The position numbers were made by a program, and so were the translations under genes. A model generated the notes under the pieces. The model did no database searches, was not told where the DNA came from, and saw nothing but the letters and a program-made list of their open reading frames with translations. A stretch of DNA of 63,992 nucleotides, filler included, from Dirinaria sp. TL-2023a (lineage: Eukaryota): NCBI GenBank assembly GCA_051941275.1. It is 3 parts of 3 records of this genome, joined end to end, with 100 filler letters (N's around TTAATTAATTAA, not from the genome) between each part and the next. Parts side by side here need not be neighbours in the genome. Positions count along the whole stretch, not along the records: positions 21,421 to 42,697 come from JAVEBF010000262.1; 2 more parts are not named here. One strand, given 5' to 3'. Within the stretch, counting starts at the first letter, position 1; each line of letters begins with the position of its first letter. Positions 23,872 to 37,415 of this stretch are shown here, one piece after another.

Positions 23872-24063
23872 TACCTTAGCGAAAATATACGATTCCCTGG
23901 GACCGAGAAGGTGCGGTGGCTCCTGAAAAACAGTATAGACACCCTTATTAGTCGAAAATTACCGTGTAGATACTGTATAGACACCTTATTAATCGTTACG
24001 ATACTGTTTTTCAGGAGCCACCGCGCCTTCTCGGTCCCAGGGAATCGTATCTTCGCTAAGGTA
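23872..24063. mobile_element. MITE-like element / long inverted repeat (~63-bp arms)
   Basis: 23872-23936 is the near-perfect reverse complement of 24001-24063. Both ends are TA and the interior is non-coding. Confidence 0.75.
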
Positions 24064-24135
24064 CCTAATGGAGGCTCGGAGGGTTTCACTACTCCGTCAA
24101 AGCCATTGGTTGAAGCCTGAAGAACGTCCAGTTTA

Positions 24136-25096
24136 TCAAGTGCCATTGCTCTGCTTCATTACTACTTCTAGCTCTTCTTTCGATAACGGACAGGCGGAAG
24201 ATGCCCACTTATCCTTTTCATTTTCAATCCAACCTGCACAGCTACCGAGCCCCAGGACCAGAAAGCCTAGCTCTTCCCGATCAACGTCAAACACTTCCCA
24301 CCATTCGCTGGTGGGTAGCTTCAGCCCGACTTCCCTTGCGGCCAAGTAAATGGCTGCTACTGCTAGCGATGTTGGTTGATGAGTCAGGTACAGCAACTGA
24401 GGTGAAAACAGGGCGCTGTTGAGATGAGCAATTACACGTGCTGCCAAAGCTTTGGACTTGGCCGTCGCCGGCGTAGGGAGAACTCCCAGAGTTTGCAAGA
24501 ATGTCAACGCAAGATGATGGGGCACTACGACCTTTGTATTGAAAGAAAGGACACGTAATACCAGAGCTTCGGTCTGGTACAGGGTTGTGCGCGCAAGCAT
24601 GTAGTTGCCTTCGGAGAGGTAGTAGGTTTCTGGACTAGTTCTAGCGAGCGTGGGCTGGGAAGATTCCAGACGATGGCCCAAGTTTCCTTGAGAGAGAAGG
24701 AAAGCATAGACATTGAGGACTGAACGAGGCGACTGAGGCAGCGCTGAGCTTTTAGCAATCATGTACAAAGAAGCTGCAGATACATCCTAGGTGGCCACGT
24801 TAGCATCGCAAATCGCGCGTTAGACGAGGCTTATCGTAGCAAGGACCTACCTTAGCTGCGTTGAAAAGGAAGCTTCCTCCTTCCGGACCCGTGTAGAATC
24901 TGGTAAAGATAACGATGGCTTGAGCAATGACCTCTTGCGGCAGTCGAAGTAAGATGCCAGCAGCTTGTGTAAGTTGTGCTCCCGCCAGTCGTACGGAAGC
25001 TTCCAGATCAGTTGACAGGCCGTCAAGCTGCGAACTCGAGTTTGAGAGCTGCTCAACGTTTGCGAGCGGGTTGGATAATGAAGACAAATGCTCCAT
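24136..25096 (-). CDS. Cyclin L-like transcriptional cyclin (2 exons)
   Basis: LSNPLA..QL..SSSQLDGL..DLE, LTQAAGILLRLPQEVIAQAIVIFTRFY, TEALVLRVLSF, LAVAAIYLAARE, WWEVFDVDREELGFL. Intron 24850-24787. Confidence 0.9.
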
Positions 25097-26697
25097 GAGC
25101 ACGGCGTGCAATATCTAAAGCAGGACTGGCTATTATGCCCTGCTGCCAGCAAGGTCGAATCTGGTGGTCGTGGAGGCTTCAGCGCCTAAAAGACGTTGCG
25201 AATCTGCTAGGCCACATGCACATAAGATACTTATGATTGGGCGATTGTGGATTAAGCTGCAATTAGAGTTTGCACCTGATGAGAGCTAAAGTAAGGTAGG
25301 AAGCAACCCCCAATCATCCCCTTGTAGCTCCCGTTCTTGTGGCGTTCCATGTCACTGAATGACTGAATGGTTTTGGGACACCAGCATCATTACAACGGCA
25401 CTGACGAGCAACCAGGAGGCTACGTTACAACCAACCCTGAACAGCGCATCCACTTCGTTCCACTGAAGGTGCATAAGTTCACTTGGAACACCTTCAGGTA
25501 CATAGCGTACATAACTTTACCTTAGGTACTCGGGCTCAAAGGTATTGACGTCGGCCGTGCTATTTTTGGCATCGTCAGATTCAGATCGCAACCCTGGCTA
25601 GCCGGCTCCTAATTCCATGGTCCATGAAAAAGAACCAAATTACTGCAGAAATGACCAGGGCCACTGTACGGTCAACAGTTGCGATACGATAGGCGGCGGG
25701 TACTTTGTTTCTTCATTGGGCCCTTACTGGCTCATGGCAACCGTGTTTCGCATGCAGGGAAGTGTCGGATGCGCTGTTGTCATTGGCACGCCTCACAGTC
25801 ACGTCTCCGCCGCACTGACTTCCTAATCGTGATATGCCACACCCGAGGGCCGTTCAAACCGTACATTGGAAATTAGCTTGGCATGGGCATGGGCATGGCC
25901 ATGAGAAGGAAATGGCAGCTATCTGGGATTCTGGTCATGTACAGTAAATAACTGTAGACACTTGAAGGAATTTTGTTGATGAGAGAGATCCCAGGAACCA
26001 GATGTAATCATGAAGGTACCGAGGGAGATAGAGAGATCGTCGCCCATGTTGCCCTATGTCATCTTAATTTAAACCATCCGAATCAGGTATCGCTCGCCTC
26101 CGCAACTCCTGAAGTCACCCCGCGACCTTCGCTACTACTGACTTGATCTTTTCTCTCTCCAAACATTTCTGTCATATCGGTGCGATGTTGGTTGTCGAAC
26201 TTTGATTTCCTCGACGCTGTCATTCTTTTGCTCATCGACGTCCCGTACTCAATTGGGACTGTCCGATGATTGTTTTACATGGGTCCGCCTGAAGTGGACC
26301 GCCCGTTGGTAATCGCAGAGCTGGATTTTGTCTATAAGAATATTGTGGAAGTCGAGCGATTATTGCAAGATCTTTGTTTTCATCCGTATAGGAATGCCCA
26401 CAGCGACATCATGAATGAGTCCAAACACTAAGCGCCAATTCTTCGCTCGTTTGTTATTCTCGGCGTCCTGACCTGTTCATCTCTGGCGTGTTCTACTTAC
26501 GCAGACACGCTTTACAAGCGAGCCTCCCAATTCCAATCCCCTCAATCCCAGTTTTCGGAGACCAGCGAAACCAAGACTTTGTTACCAGCTGGAGCTTTGC
26601 AACTACCTGCTCTCTTGACATCATCTTTGAAGATATACGAGATTGCCGAAAGGCTGCAATGCCAGACTCGAAGCCGGCCTTCAAGCCAATCAACATC

Positions 26698-28357
26698 ATG
26701 GAATGGCTGATAATACTCCTCTTTTTGGGTGTACACCAAACTGCAGCGCTCACACAAGCGCTGTGCTCTAGTCAGAACACTGGTACGGGCTTTGCTCAAG
26801 GTATGGAGACGGCTGCCACACTTATGCAAGTATCGTTGACCGTGGCTAAAATGTGGCGATTACGCAGTAACTGACCACTACATGACCAACGGCCTATGTC
26901 AAACCACCTGCAAGGCAAATTACGCGTTCGCGGTCGTTCAAGCTACGAATTGCTGGTGCTCCAATTACGCGCCAGCAGATACGGTCCCTGTGAGCTCTTG
27001 CAACGTAAACTGCCCCGGTTACGGCTACGAGCAATGTGGCGACCAGCAAGCAGGGCTCTTCGGATACGTCGCGATGGGTAAGAATCCATCTGGGACCATT
27101 GGCGCCTCCACGAGTAGCTCTTCCACCAGTACCAGCTCGACCCCGGTGCCGGTTCCTATAAGCACTGTCCATGCAGTTAGCGTTAAATCGGTTAGTACTC
27201 TGAGCCCATCTCATAGGATCATGCTCCTATTCTACTCATCATCGAACATGGTGCTATCTCTTGGTACCATCACGGCTAGAGGAACAGCATTCGCCATTAG
27301 AGCCCAAATTTCCCTCTTGCCTTCAAGATGAGCGACATTGAAGACCTATGGCGCATTTTGATACTTACTTTGGCATCTCTCGACAGGCAAGCCCATCCAA
27401 GGTGACAGTTCAGCAGACAGTCACTGCTTCGCCAAATGTGGTGGTTTCTGTAGTCTCTCTTGTACGATCATCCCGCTCCTTGATTTTGTGGCAAATAACA
27501 ATAAGCTCAAATCGACTCCCTTAAGACCTCTGCTGACATACTCATGTTTAGTCGCCTTCACAGAAGCCTACGAGCGCCCCTTCGCCAGCCCCTGTTGTAG
27601 CGACTTCTTCCACGACCTCAGTCAAAACGTCAACAACCTCTGATACAGTAATCTTGCCAGCCATCCGTCAGTCAACAACTTCTGCCACGGATTCGGCGCC
27701 TCCGTCATCAACGACATCATGGTCACCCACGCCCGTCACATCCGTCATGACCGTCACCGGTCGAATTAGAACCTTGACCATCACTCCAACTGCGCCTCCA
27801 GCTGAGACCGCTCTGACGCAGGCCACCAAAAAGTCGGACTTTTTCTCAAATCCTGGCAAGGTCGCAGGCGTATTTGTCGTTGTGGCATTAGCTGTTCTCG
27901 CCATCGCAGGTGCCCTCATCTGGTTCTTCCTTCGGAGGAGAAGGCACGCAGATGCGATCACTGTCGCATCGGTCGCAGGTGGAGAAACTCCGCAGCGTCG
28001 ACCAAGCAGACTCAGCCAGATGGGTCTGCTAGGAAGTGGTAAGCGTAAGAAACCCGAGAATCCAGTACCTCCCATACAGACCAGTGGGTGGGGCCCAAGC
28101 GACAACGCGGAGAAGAGTCCTACGGATACGACGCCAATTGATGTCAGATCCAGCTATCCACGCATTGTTGATCAGCGTCTAGACCCTGTGGCATTATGGA
28201 ATCCAATACACGATAACGGTAGTCACGTCAGCATACGAAGCTTGCAGGACAACCAGGACTATTCGCGCCGCATGCTACGCGTAAGTCTGCATGATCTCCC
28301 AAGCCTTTGGTAAGCACAATTAATTGTTTCCTTCAGGTCGCGAATCCTGATCAATGA
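26698..28357 (+). CDS. WSC-domain cell wall integrity sensor (multi-exon)
   Basis: Signal peptide, Cys-rich WSC domain (CQTTC..FAVVQATNCWCSN..C..CPGYGYEQCG), Ser/Thr stalk, single TM helix and tail SLQDNQDYSRRMLR|VANPDQ. Alternative ATG at 26659; internal intron boundaries in the stalk are uncertain. Confidence 0.9.
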
Positions 28358-30267
28358 GCCCATTCAAACCATTTCGGACTTGTTTTCGAAACTCAGCCAA
28401 TACGCATCCATCCCTTAATAGTAGACTTCCTGCCCGCAGACCGGATAGACGACTCGTACCACACGCCACTGGTGCTACAGTCGTACCACGCCGGTTTCAC
28501 ACGCAATTCTACCATACAATTCATCTCCCCTGCCCTTCCCCGGGTTCTCATATTTCTGCATGGCTCATACCCCTCATACCCATAGCGAAGGTCGCGTCTG
28601 GCGTTCACTTTTTTTCCCCCAGGCCTGTATTAGGCAGCTGCTCCAGGGTCCCACGTTTTACTGTAACATAATTGTCCAGCTGCTGTGTTTGTGCACTCGA
28701 GCATCTTCGGGTGTAGCTCTTGTGCGGCCTATCATGCTTTTACATGACCCAAAAGTCGGCAGGTCAAGGCAGGAAAAGCCTAAGGTGGAATAAGGCTGCA
28801 ATACATAGCACGAGTCAGGGTGGGTAGTAAACCACACTTCATAAAGTCTCAAGTCTACTTTAGCAATAATCGTTTCCAATGGGCGCCAGCCTGCACAACC
28901 ATGCCATGCAATGATCCGGCGAATCAGCCCAAACTAGCCTGGCCGGCCTGCTGATGCTGCAGATGGCTTAACATCTTAATATATCTGATGCTTGGCATCA
29001 ATCTTGGTCTGTGTGAGTTCAGGTAAAGATGTGACTGCCGCTGTCACGTCAAAGCGCCGTGGAGACGGGGAGGTATAGATCAATGGTTCCTGCTGGAGGA
29101 TTGACTCTGTACTCTGTAGGGCTCGAAAGCACGACGTACGACGCCAGCCTGCGGAAAACGCATCGGCCAGTGATGTTCGTTGCCCGAATCCCCAATTCCA
29201 CCAACTTGCTGCAAGATCCTGCACGGAAAGAGGGCGTGGGAGCGAGGTTGGACCTACTTTGAACGGTTTAGCAGTGCCGTGCGCATGATGTGGCAATTGG
29301 CCATATCTTGAGGTAAGATAGGTACGTGAGCGTTACTTATTTCAAGTCGAGTCGTGGGGTTACCTAAGTAGAGGCAAGCAATCGGTAAGGTACCTTAATC
29401 ATGACGACTGCGAATGGAGCGCGGACCGGCGGTAGGTGCTGGGACAGGCCTGCCGTATCCAGCAACTCGCGCATCAGCGTTCAGCCGGAGACTAACCGGA
29501 GAGGGAGAAGGAACCCCCGGCTGACTGCTTGCGCCTGCGAATGACACCATTACTGGCATTCCCACTACCTACCTTACCTTAGTACTGACCTTCCACGGAC
29601 TGTCATTTGTGCAGTCGCAGCACTGCCCTCGCATTAGAGCCTGTACCTACTTTACGTTGCTTTGGAGAAGGGTGGAAAGCTGCCAAGCGTGCGTGGATCG
29701 CAGGATGGCATGATCGAATATAAACTTGGACCCGGTAGCAAGGCTTCAACGGCTGTTGTATCACCTCTCCTACATAATTTCCTTCCACTCGACGATCGCT
29801 CTCGTCTTCTACGAACTTCTCCACCGACTTCTCTTGCATTCCGATACCCGGCAGCACTTAGTAACCCGCTTTGGTGGCTCTCGTGATTTTTCATTGTTTG
29901 TGCCATGTTACGAAACACATAGTAACATAGCCACCTCGGTTTGACGTTTCTCTGTTCGTGGAATTGGGTCAAGGTAGTGTGTGTCGTGCACCATCAGGTC
30001 CATGGATACAGTCCGCTTCGGTTCCCTTGGACGGTAGTCCTCACATGCAAATAATTCAAGCCAGCAACGGCTTCAATGAATCCGTCATACTTTATCTCAC
30101 ATTTATATTCACGTTCGCGGAGCTGGCAGAACATTCCCACGGATTGAATTCCACTTCCATCGTTGCAAGTCATCACTCATCCTTGATCATCCGCAGTCCG
30201 CGAGCATAGATTCGACATTCCAGCGGTCCAGTTGCTGGCAGTATTGAAGCTCCAGAATTACTTAAGC

Positions 30268-31894
30268 ATGGCTTTTTCGGCAATCGTCGTAGCCCTGTGC
30301 GTGGCATTTATTTGCATCTACCTTGCCGTGGCACTGCAGCATCGGCGAGCAGTCTCGGTTAAGCAGCTTTCGTCATGGAAATCCGTGCTACCGCGAGCAC
30401 GCCGCCTTTCAACCTCCAAGACCCCTTCACGGTCGTTGTCGCCTCAAAAGAAAGTCCCAGCTAATGTGCCACCGCCTGTAGAGTATCGAAACATCTTTCC
30501 CCCTTCCCAGCGAGACACGCTGCACCTGGTGGCCGGAAACTATCTGGAGCCGGCGAAGACGAAGCTCTTAGCCTCGGGACTTAGTGAACTCGAACTCAAG
30601 AAGAACATTATACCATTGACTGCAGATTTCAGAGAATGTGGGCCGTCGGTATGCACACCGACAGGTTTCTCGATCGAGGAGATCAAAGCGCTTGGAGATT
30701 TTCCCAATTATGCCGACTTGAGCGGTGTACCATTACCGAAACCTTACACCAACTTCAGGATCGAAACAGCAATTGCCAGGCCATACCGGCCCTTTCGGTG
30801 GGCTTATCATCAGACAATGTGTAAGGTGTCAGCCTCATGATCCAATGTTCTTCGTTGACATTCCCGGCCTAGCACTAACGAAACTCGAGAACAATTGGTG
30901 GTTGGAGCTTGAGAGCACTTACGTTGCTCGCATCTCGCAACGTAAAAACCTCTTTGCTAAACACGGAGGAATGGTGCTCGCCTATCTTCCGGGGAGTGAA
31001 CTCGCCTGCAAGGAGCTAATGGAAATGGCATTGCAATTCCTATGCGCTCGCTATCCTCAATACTTCTTCATGACCAAGGATCCTTCAAGGGGTCATATTC
31101 TTCACAATAGATTATTAAAAAACGAGACCATCATCGACAGCATGCATCCGCTCCACGTGCTCCTGGAAAATGTCCCGGAAGACTTCGCATGCATGCTCCG
31201 AAATCCCGACGACGGCTACTACTACCTACGCGCCGGCGTCATTTGCTCTGCACTTGGCTGGAATCTGGGTACGAAGATCGGTCTACAACTCAGAGACGTC
31301 CATGGGCCGGTCCCAGACTACAAAGAAAAGATGGAATTTTCCATGGATCGGTAGGTCCCCCTCAATCAGCTTCTGCACGCGAAACGTCCAACCCAAACTC
31401 ACTGACCGAGCAGTTACTTCTCGAAACTTCCCGCCTCCAAACCTATCCAACGGGGGTCATGGGGTCTTGAAGTCGACACGCCTCTGTTTATGCCTCCCAA
31501 CGACCCGCACGAAGCCTACCGCCTGTCCCAGGATCCCGATATGCCGCTTTCTCGTGTGCATCTTCGGGTTGACTGGCAGACCTTACGACGCCTCCCGCTC
31601 TCTGGCGCCATTGTCTTCAACTTCAAAGGGCTATTTACGCCGGTGGAAGAACTCAGAGACGAACCGTACGTGCCGGCGCTGTGCTTGAAGGTGCTGAAGG
31701 AAGGGAAGAAGAGCATCATGGAATACAAAAACACATGGCACATCGAACACGTAGTGTGCCCGGCGCTGGAAGAGTGGAGCAAAGAACAGGTGAGACAGGG
31801 AAAGGCGGACCGCGAATGGGAGGTCAAGACTTTGGACGAGAGTCCCTGGTTCCCCGGGTGGGAAGAAAAATGGCATGGGCAGCAAGGATTCTAG
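30268..31894 (+). CDS. DUF3445 / heme-dependent oxidative N-demethylase alpha-like protein (3 exons)
   Basis: RPYRPFRWAYHQTM|SLTKLE.NWWLELE, VPEDFACM and HLRVDWQTLRRLPLSGAIVFNFK. Introns 30821-30872 and 31351-31413. Confidence 0.88.
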
Positions 31895-33026
31895 GGGGGA
31901 GCCAAACCTGTGCGAGGGGGACCTCTGCGATATTAAGGCTTGACTGGAGCAGCTGGTAGGCCGCTTCAGCTCGCGGAAGTCCACCAAGAGGTTTGCACAT
32001 GGCGATTGCTTGTATCTGCAGCACAGACTCATCACTTGCAGACCAAAAGTACCTCATGGCTTCGAGCCGTGATTTGAGCCGGATGATAATATTTCAATTG
32101 ACTACCAACATGTACAACCTTTAATACCTTGCTGTAGATTGAATCATGTGCATGCAAGCAAGACAGCCTGGAACTCTTCATGCACTGCATGCAGTCGAGC
32201 TACCTGACCTTATCCCCTTTAGTTGAGTGATGGGCACCAAGTGGAGGCTGCCTCGGTACCTTACCTAAGGTACGAGACCGTCGAAAAAGCAGGGCAAAAT
32301 ACCGTATCTGCGTCACCTCAAATGCCATTTCCCACTTTTGCATGGCCAGGGCAAAACCCCCCGCCAATCCCAATCGGGCTTTTAATGACATCCGCATCTT
32401 CTCGATCTGCAGCCGAGGAGCCCTAAAGTCCTCGCTTATCTCTGCCAAGGACGGAAGGGTTTCGCGAATTACTTAAGGTAAAGTCTCCCCGCATCAGCTT
32501 CTTGGATGCCAGATCTCACATCTCTGATTGACTTCCGCTAGTCTATGTCAAAAACGTTCAGGGTCAGGATACTTGACTTTGGCTATCATTACCCCGATCC
32601 AAAGCTTCCCAGCCGGATCCAAAAAGACACCTATCACATCGCCTATTGGGACTGTCATGACGCACCGCCAACCGGGCTACTGGACAGTCATATGCAGGAA
32701 CACTGGGGTGACTAACGGTTAGAACCAGCTTTGCAGGGTTCAAAGAAAGAGCTTAGGGATGGAGACGACAAGGCATGCTGGCCATTGGCCGTTTCATGGG
32801 CCGTGTCAATGTCATCATGACGTCTATGTCTGGCTTGGTCCGTGTCGTCAGAGGCAATAGATACCGTACATCATGAAGCTATATAATTCTCCTCACAATA
32901 CCTTCTTTCATTCGGACCCACCATAGACTTTCCAGCTGTTCAACTTTGAAAACAGACCCTTCAAGCCTCCACTCAATCAAGAACCACCATCTCCCTTGCG
33001 TACAAACCATCTTTCCCTAAACCATC

Positions 33027-33415
33027 ATGTCGGCCTCAGCAGACGATCAGTACGAGCAACAGAATGACGTGGTTGGCGGCGATGCTCCAGCCGGCGATGC
33101 CAAGGACAATGACTATGCTTCTCGCACCGGCCAGTCCCAGATCCCTGTGCAGAAGGACGACGCACCTGTCGCGGATCCTATCGATCCTGCCACCGCAGAT
33201 TCGGACCAAACTCTTGGTACGCATCATGTCTTCTCTTGGTGCTCATCGTGCAGTTGTCTAACTCTGTTTTAGAACAAGATGAGAAGGACGCAATCGATCC
33301 GAGCAACACTGTTGAAAGCCGCACCCGCGGTGCGAAGCCGAGCGGTGGATACACAGAACCAGGTGACGAAGAGGGTCTTCCGGGGCCAGATGATGGAACT
33401 AGCAGAATCGCGTAG
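33027..33415 (+). CDS. Small acidic protein (family often labelled CHZ histone-chaperone-domain-like; 2 exons)
   Basis: DNDYASRTGQSQIPVQKDDAPVADPIDPATADSDQTL|EQDEKDAIDPSNTVESRTRGAKP..YTEPGDEEGLP. Intron 33217-33272. TATA at ~32880. Confidence 0.85.
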
Positions 33416-34317
33416 TCGTCATATGGAATGGATAGCTAGATGTGGACGTTATGCTTGCACCTGATTCAGTGCCTCAATGAAGTATCTACGCACACGAGAG
33501 CAATCATGCTATTCTAACCAATGCCATCGCATCACATATTGTTCAGCGCACCAACGATATGACTCTCTCGCCGTGACTGCTCGTAACAATAGCTACTTTT
33601 TAAAATCTTTGCTAACTCAAGTGGCACGACCACAGCACTTTTATGATTAACCTTACTGTCTTAATAGTAAGTTTACCATTATCGTGACTTCGGTGTCATA
33701 CTGTTACCATTTATTATAGTTGAGACCATGCCAAATTTTGCATTAATTTCATACTGTCGATGTCGAGTATCAGACGGAGAATTTCCCGTTGGGGTTGCAG
33801 GAGGGTTACTCGATTCCCTCTCGGTCGCCTCGGTTCTAGAAGTTCGTCAGTGAGCGGCTGATGCCGAGCGTGCCAAGACTTATGAAACCAATCAGCGCAA
33901 TTTCTTCCGGCTTCCCAAAATACGCGCCGTGCTTACTGTCGAACCTGCATAAGCTCGGAAACGATCCTCAATCCATTTCATCCAACATCATCATCATTGG
34001 TGAGCAATATAAATAGCTGGCCTCGAACTCGAACACAGTCGAGCATTTGGCGCCCGGAATCTTCAAGCTTGCATAGGATGACCAAGGGACAGACCAGGAG
34101 CCCCATAGGTACTGTAAATATGTCAGATCGCATAGAGACTTCCCACCTGCTCTCGTTTCTCATGTCTCCCACCAAGTTTTTCTTCGAGGCATTGCATTCA
34201 AGCAATGCCTTCGCTTTCCATCTCTCCTTGATCTAATTTTCTGAGCGTATATACTTTTGACACAGGGTGTTTGGACGGGAGAGGATTTCTCCCATGCAAT
34301 TCTATTTATAAGCCACA

Positions 34318-36193
34318 ATGGCGACGGCGACGCTCTCTCTATTTCCCACGGCGTCGGTCAAGAAGGAAAGACTGGGTCAAAAAGGCGCTTTGCGATATGT
34401 CAGTAGATCAAGAGCGCCGGATTTTGAGATGGTGAAGTTGTCGGGCGATGCGCAAGGCTTTGTCCTAGCCATAGAGGAGACACCAGTACCACCTTCTCCC
34501 GAAGAAGAGCGCGTCACGCTCAGCGGTGCGGACTCCTCCACGAGCAGTTCAGTCATTCCATCCATCACTCTCTCGACCCCTCCAAAAGCTCGGATCGCGA
34601 AGGAGCCGGATACTACTGCGACACGAGCGAGGACGCCCTCCCCAATTCTTACTCAGCCGCGTGTCCAAGTTAGACCACGATCAAGGTCAATCTCGCCTGC
34701 AGCGGTCAAGCTCCCTGAATCACCGCTTCAAGTCGAGCTTTTGACCAAAGATTGCTCTAATTCTCCGCGATTGCTTCGCAAGGGCAGTAGCGCCTCGTTC
34801 AAGACAGCTACACATTCACCGGTAATGCGATCAATGTTCCCTCGCTACGATGCCAATGTGCCGCTTGGCCAGCAACAATATCGTCCAGGTCCTTCATATG
34901 CGCATCAGAGAAAACAAGCATTGAGGCCAGCATTGCCTGCATTAGATATACCTCCGGCTCCAACAGGAGTAGCTCCTATACTGCAGCAAACAAGCTCGAG
35001 CGGCCTGGAAGCCTCTGTGCTCTCTTCAACGGAAGAACTTCTGAACGTGTGGAACATCGCCAACGGTCAATCTGTGGAGAGCACGGTTGCGTCGTTCGAT
35101 GTCGAATTGATCTGGTAGGATGAGTCCAACCAACTAATCTCCCGACCGCTAATTTATATGTCTCAGTGAATCCTTGACGCGAAATGAAGAGATCATCACA
35201 TTTTCCTCCCCGAAACAGACACTCTACACATTATCGTCAGAGCCGGATCAAATCACGATTTCACGAACTCATCCTACAAATCCAACCCCAACCATCCAGA
35301 TCTGTCACACAAGCCTATCGCTCCCAACAGCAACCGCTCCTCTTGTAGCGTTGATTTTCCCCAAACTTTCCGAGCTCATGGCGCTTGATCAGTCTTCCAC
35401 CATCGCTGTCTCTCATGGACTTGACCGCCAAGCTAGCGCAGATTTGCAGGCTGAAGCGCTTGCTCGCGCCCAACAGAATGAAGCATCCAGCCTCATGTGG
35501 GACAGCGATTCTGGTAACTACTTCCTGATCCACCCTACGTTACTCGATAACACCTATACGAGATTTCCTATCAAGACCACACCTAGCAGTTCTAACCCAG
35601 AGCGAATCGTCATCTATGCACCTGAAACTGACAGTGCTACTCCGGTGCTTGAGTTGGCTCTTTCAACGCGCACATTAACCATACACACTACGCCTATAAT
35701 TGCTCTACCTTCGCTCTACACTTTGGACACCGTGATTACAGCACTGCTTATGTTTCTCTTGCATTTGCACCGCTCATCGTCGACCTCCAGTGTCACACAG
35801 CCCCAAAATGACATAATTCTTCCAAGCTTTCCACCGCCCCCAAGTGTCCTTTCCACATCCTCCCGCATGGTGCACAAGAAGAAATGCACCCTTTCTACTT
35901 GGACCAAGTCCGTCTTCTCAGCTTCCACTGGTCACTTGCCGCGGGATGAAGAGAGTGGGCTTGTGCGCTCTGAGCCAAATGGCGTCATGCCGTCACAGAC
36001 GAAAGCATTAGAAAGCGAATGGGGCTTTAAACCGATGATAGATCCCGACGATGAGAAATTGCCGACGGCCACGAGGACGGCGCTGAGAGGACTTTACTGG
36101 ACGTTTGAGGTTATTGTTTGGATTCTTGGTGTGTTTGTGAATTTGATTGCTGCAGGAATAGTAGGAACTGGCCGCGTGATCAAGAAGTTATAG
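34318..36193 (+). CDS. Fungal hypothetical protein with C-terminal membrane anchor (2 exons)
   Basis: The 266-aa and 339-aa ORFs are joined in frame by intron 35115-35166. Motif PVMRSMFPRYD..PL.QQQY.P; hydrophobic C-terminus. Confidence 0.85.
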
Positions 36194-37415
36194 ACGGGAG
36201 GAAAGGCCAATCCGCATGACAGGAAAGCGAGATGGATGAGACTCAGATCCAGTTATGAAGGGTCATGGGCTCTGAAGGCGCGTTGCACAAGGACGGGTGA
36301 CGATGACTGGGACTGTTTTCCCGATAGAGGTTCTCGGAAGGTTCAATGCTACTTTTACTAACGCCCAAAGACTCCATTTCACTGCGATCAATCATGTAAG
36401 TTCTGTATTCTACTCGATGTTGTAATCGTAGCACATTTTTCCCCGTTGGCAGTTTATCTCTTGTATTTACTCTGGGGACTGTCTGTATAACTCACAGAAT
36501 CTACTGCAACATTGGCTTGTCCGAATCTCACGTATCGGCCTACTCAATGGCAATTGCCAACTCACCAGCATGCCGCACAGCCTGGCTAGGGCGGGTATCA
36601 AATCTTCCTTAACTGGCACATGGTCCTTCTTGACTCGAGTTCGTGACCGCTGTTTCGATGCTCATACTGTGGCTTCAACACCTTTCTGGATATCCGATCG
36701 AACATTTAGGGGGGTTTTGCGAGGTTGGGTCACTCAGCAAAAGCAGGATGATCAAGGAAGGAAAGGAAAGGGGGGGGGGCCGCGGTTTGCAAAGCTTTAA
36801 TACCAGGTATGCAGGGAGCCTTGTCCGCGATTGCTCTAAGACCTTTCCTCGATCTAGATCGCGTACCTGTGAGATGATTACGAGGGCACGGTCCAAAAAT
36901 CGGCACCTCGTAGTCGCACCCCAAAGTCGTTTTCCTCCCCTTAGGGGGTGAAGTAGAGAGAGGGTGCGGGAGCTGATTTTACTTTCATCCATGGCCGGGA
37001 ACCTAACTTCTTTGCTGCATATGTATTCGCATATCTAAGGTACCTTGTTATCAGAGCGGTGGATTTAGGATCCTTATCTCCGATGTCCGGACATATCTTT
37101 TCGAGCTCCTTGAGCTAAGAGTCTACCACAACAAAAAGGGTAGTAGGTTAAGGTACCTTGAAGTAGTAGTTACTCGAGCAGGGTAACTTACTGGGTATGT
37201 ATGTAGGTACTTTCCCCAAATCTTTGGGCCTCGCCTTCTACTTGCATGACGCATTACGTCAAGCCGTTTGTAAGCAATGCTGTCGTACCACCTTGGAACC
37301 TCACGGGGAATTTATAATGGTCATTACAAAGCCTACGGTCTCCTTACTCACCCAGGGCTCTCAGGTGGAATAAATATACCTTGGAAACCGGCTTTACCAG
37401 GCCAGAACTTCTACT

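Noticed and set aside
36879..36912. TACGAGG...CCTCGTA mini inverted repeat as a mariner remnant
   Set aside because: Only 7-bp arms; compatible with chance.
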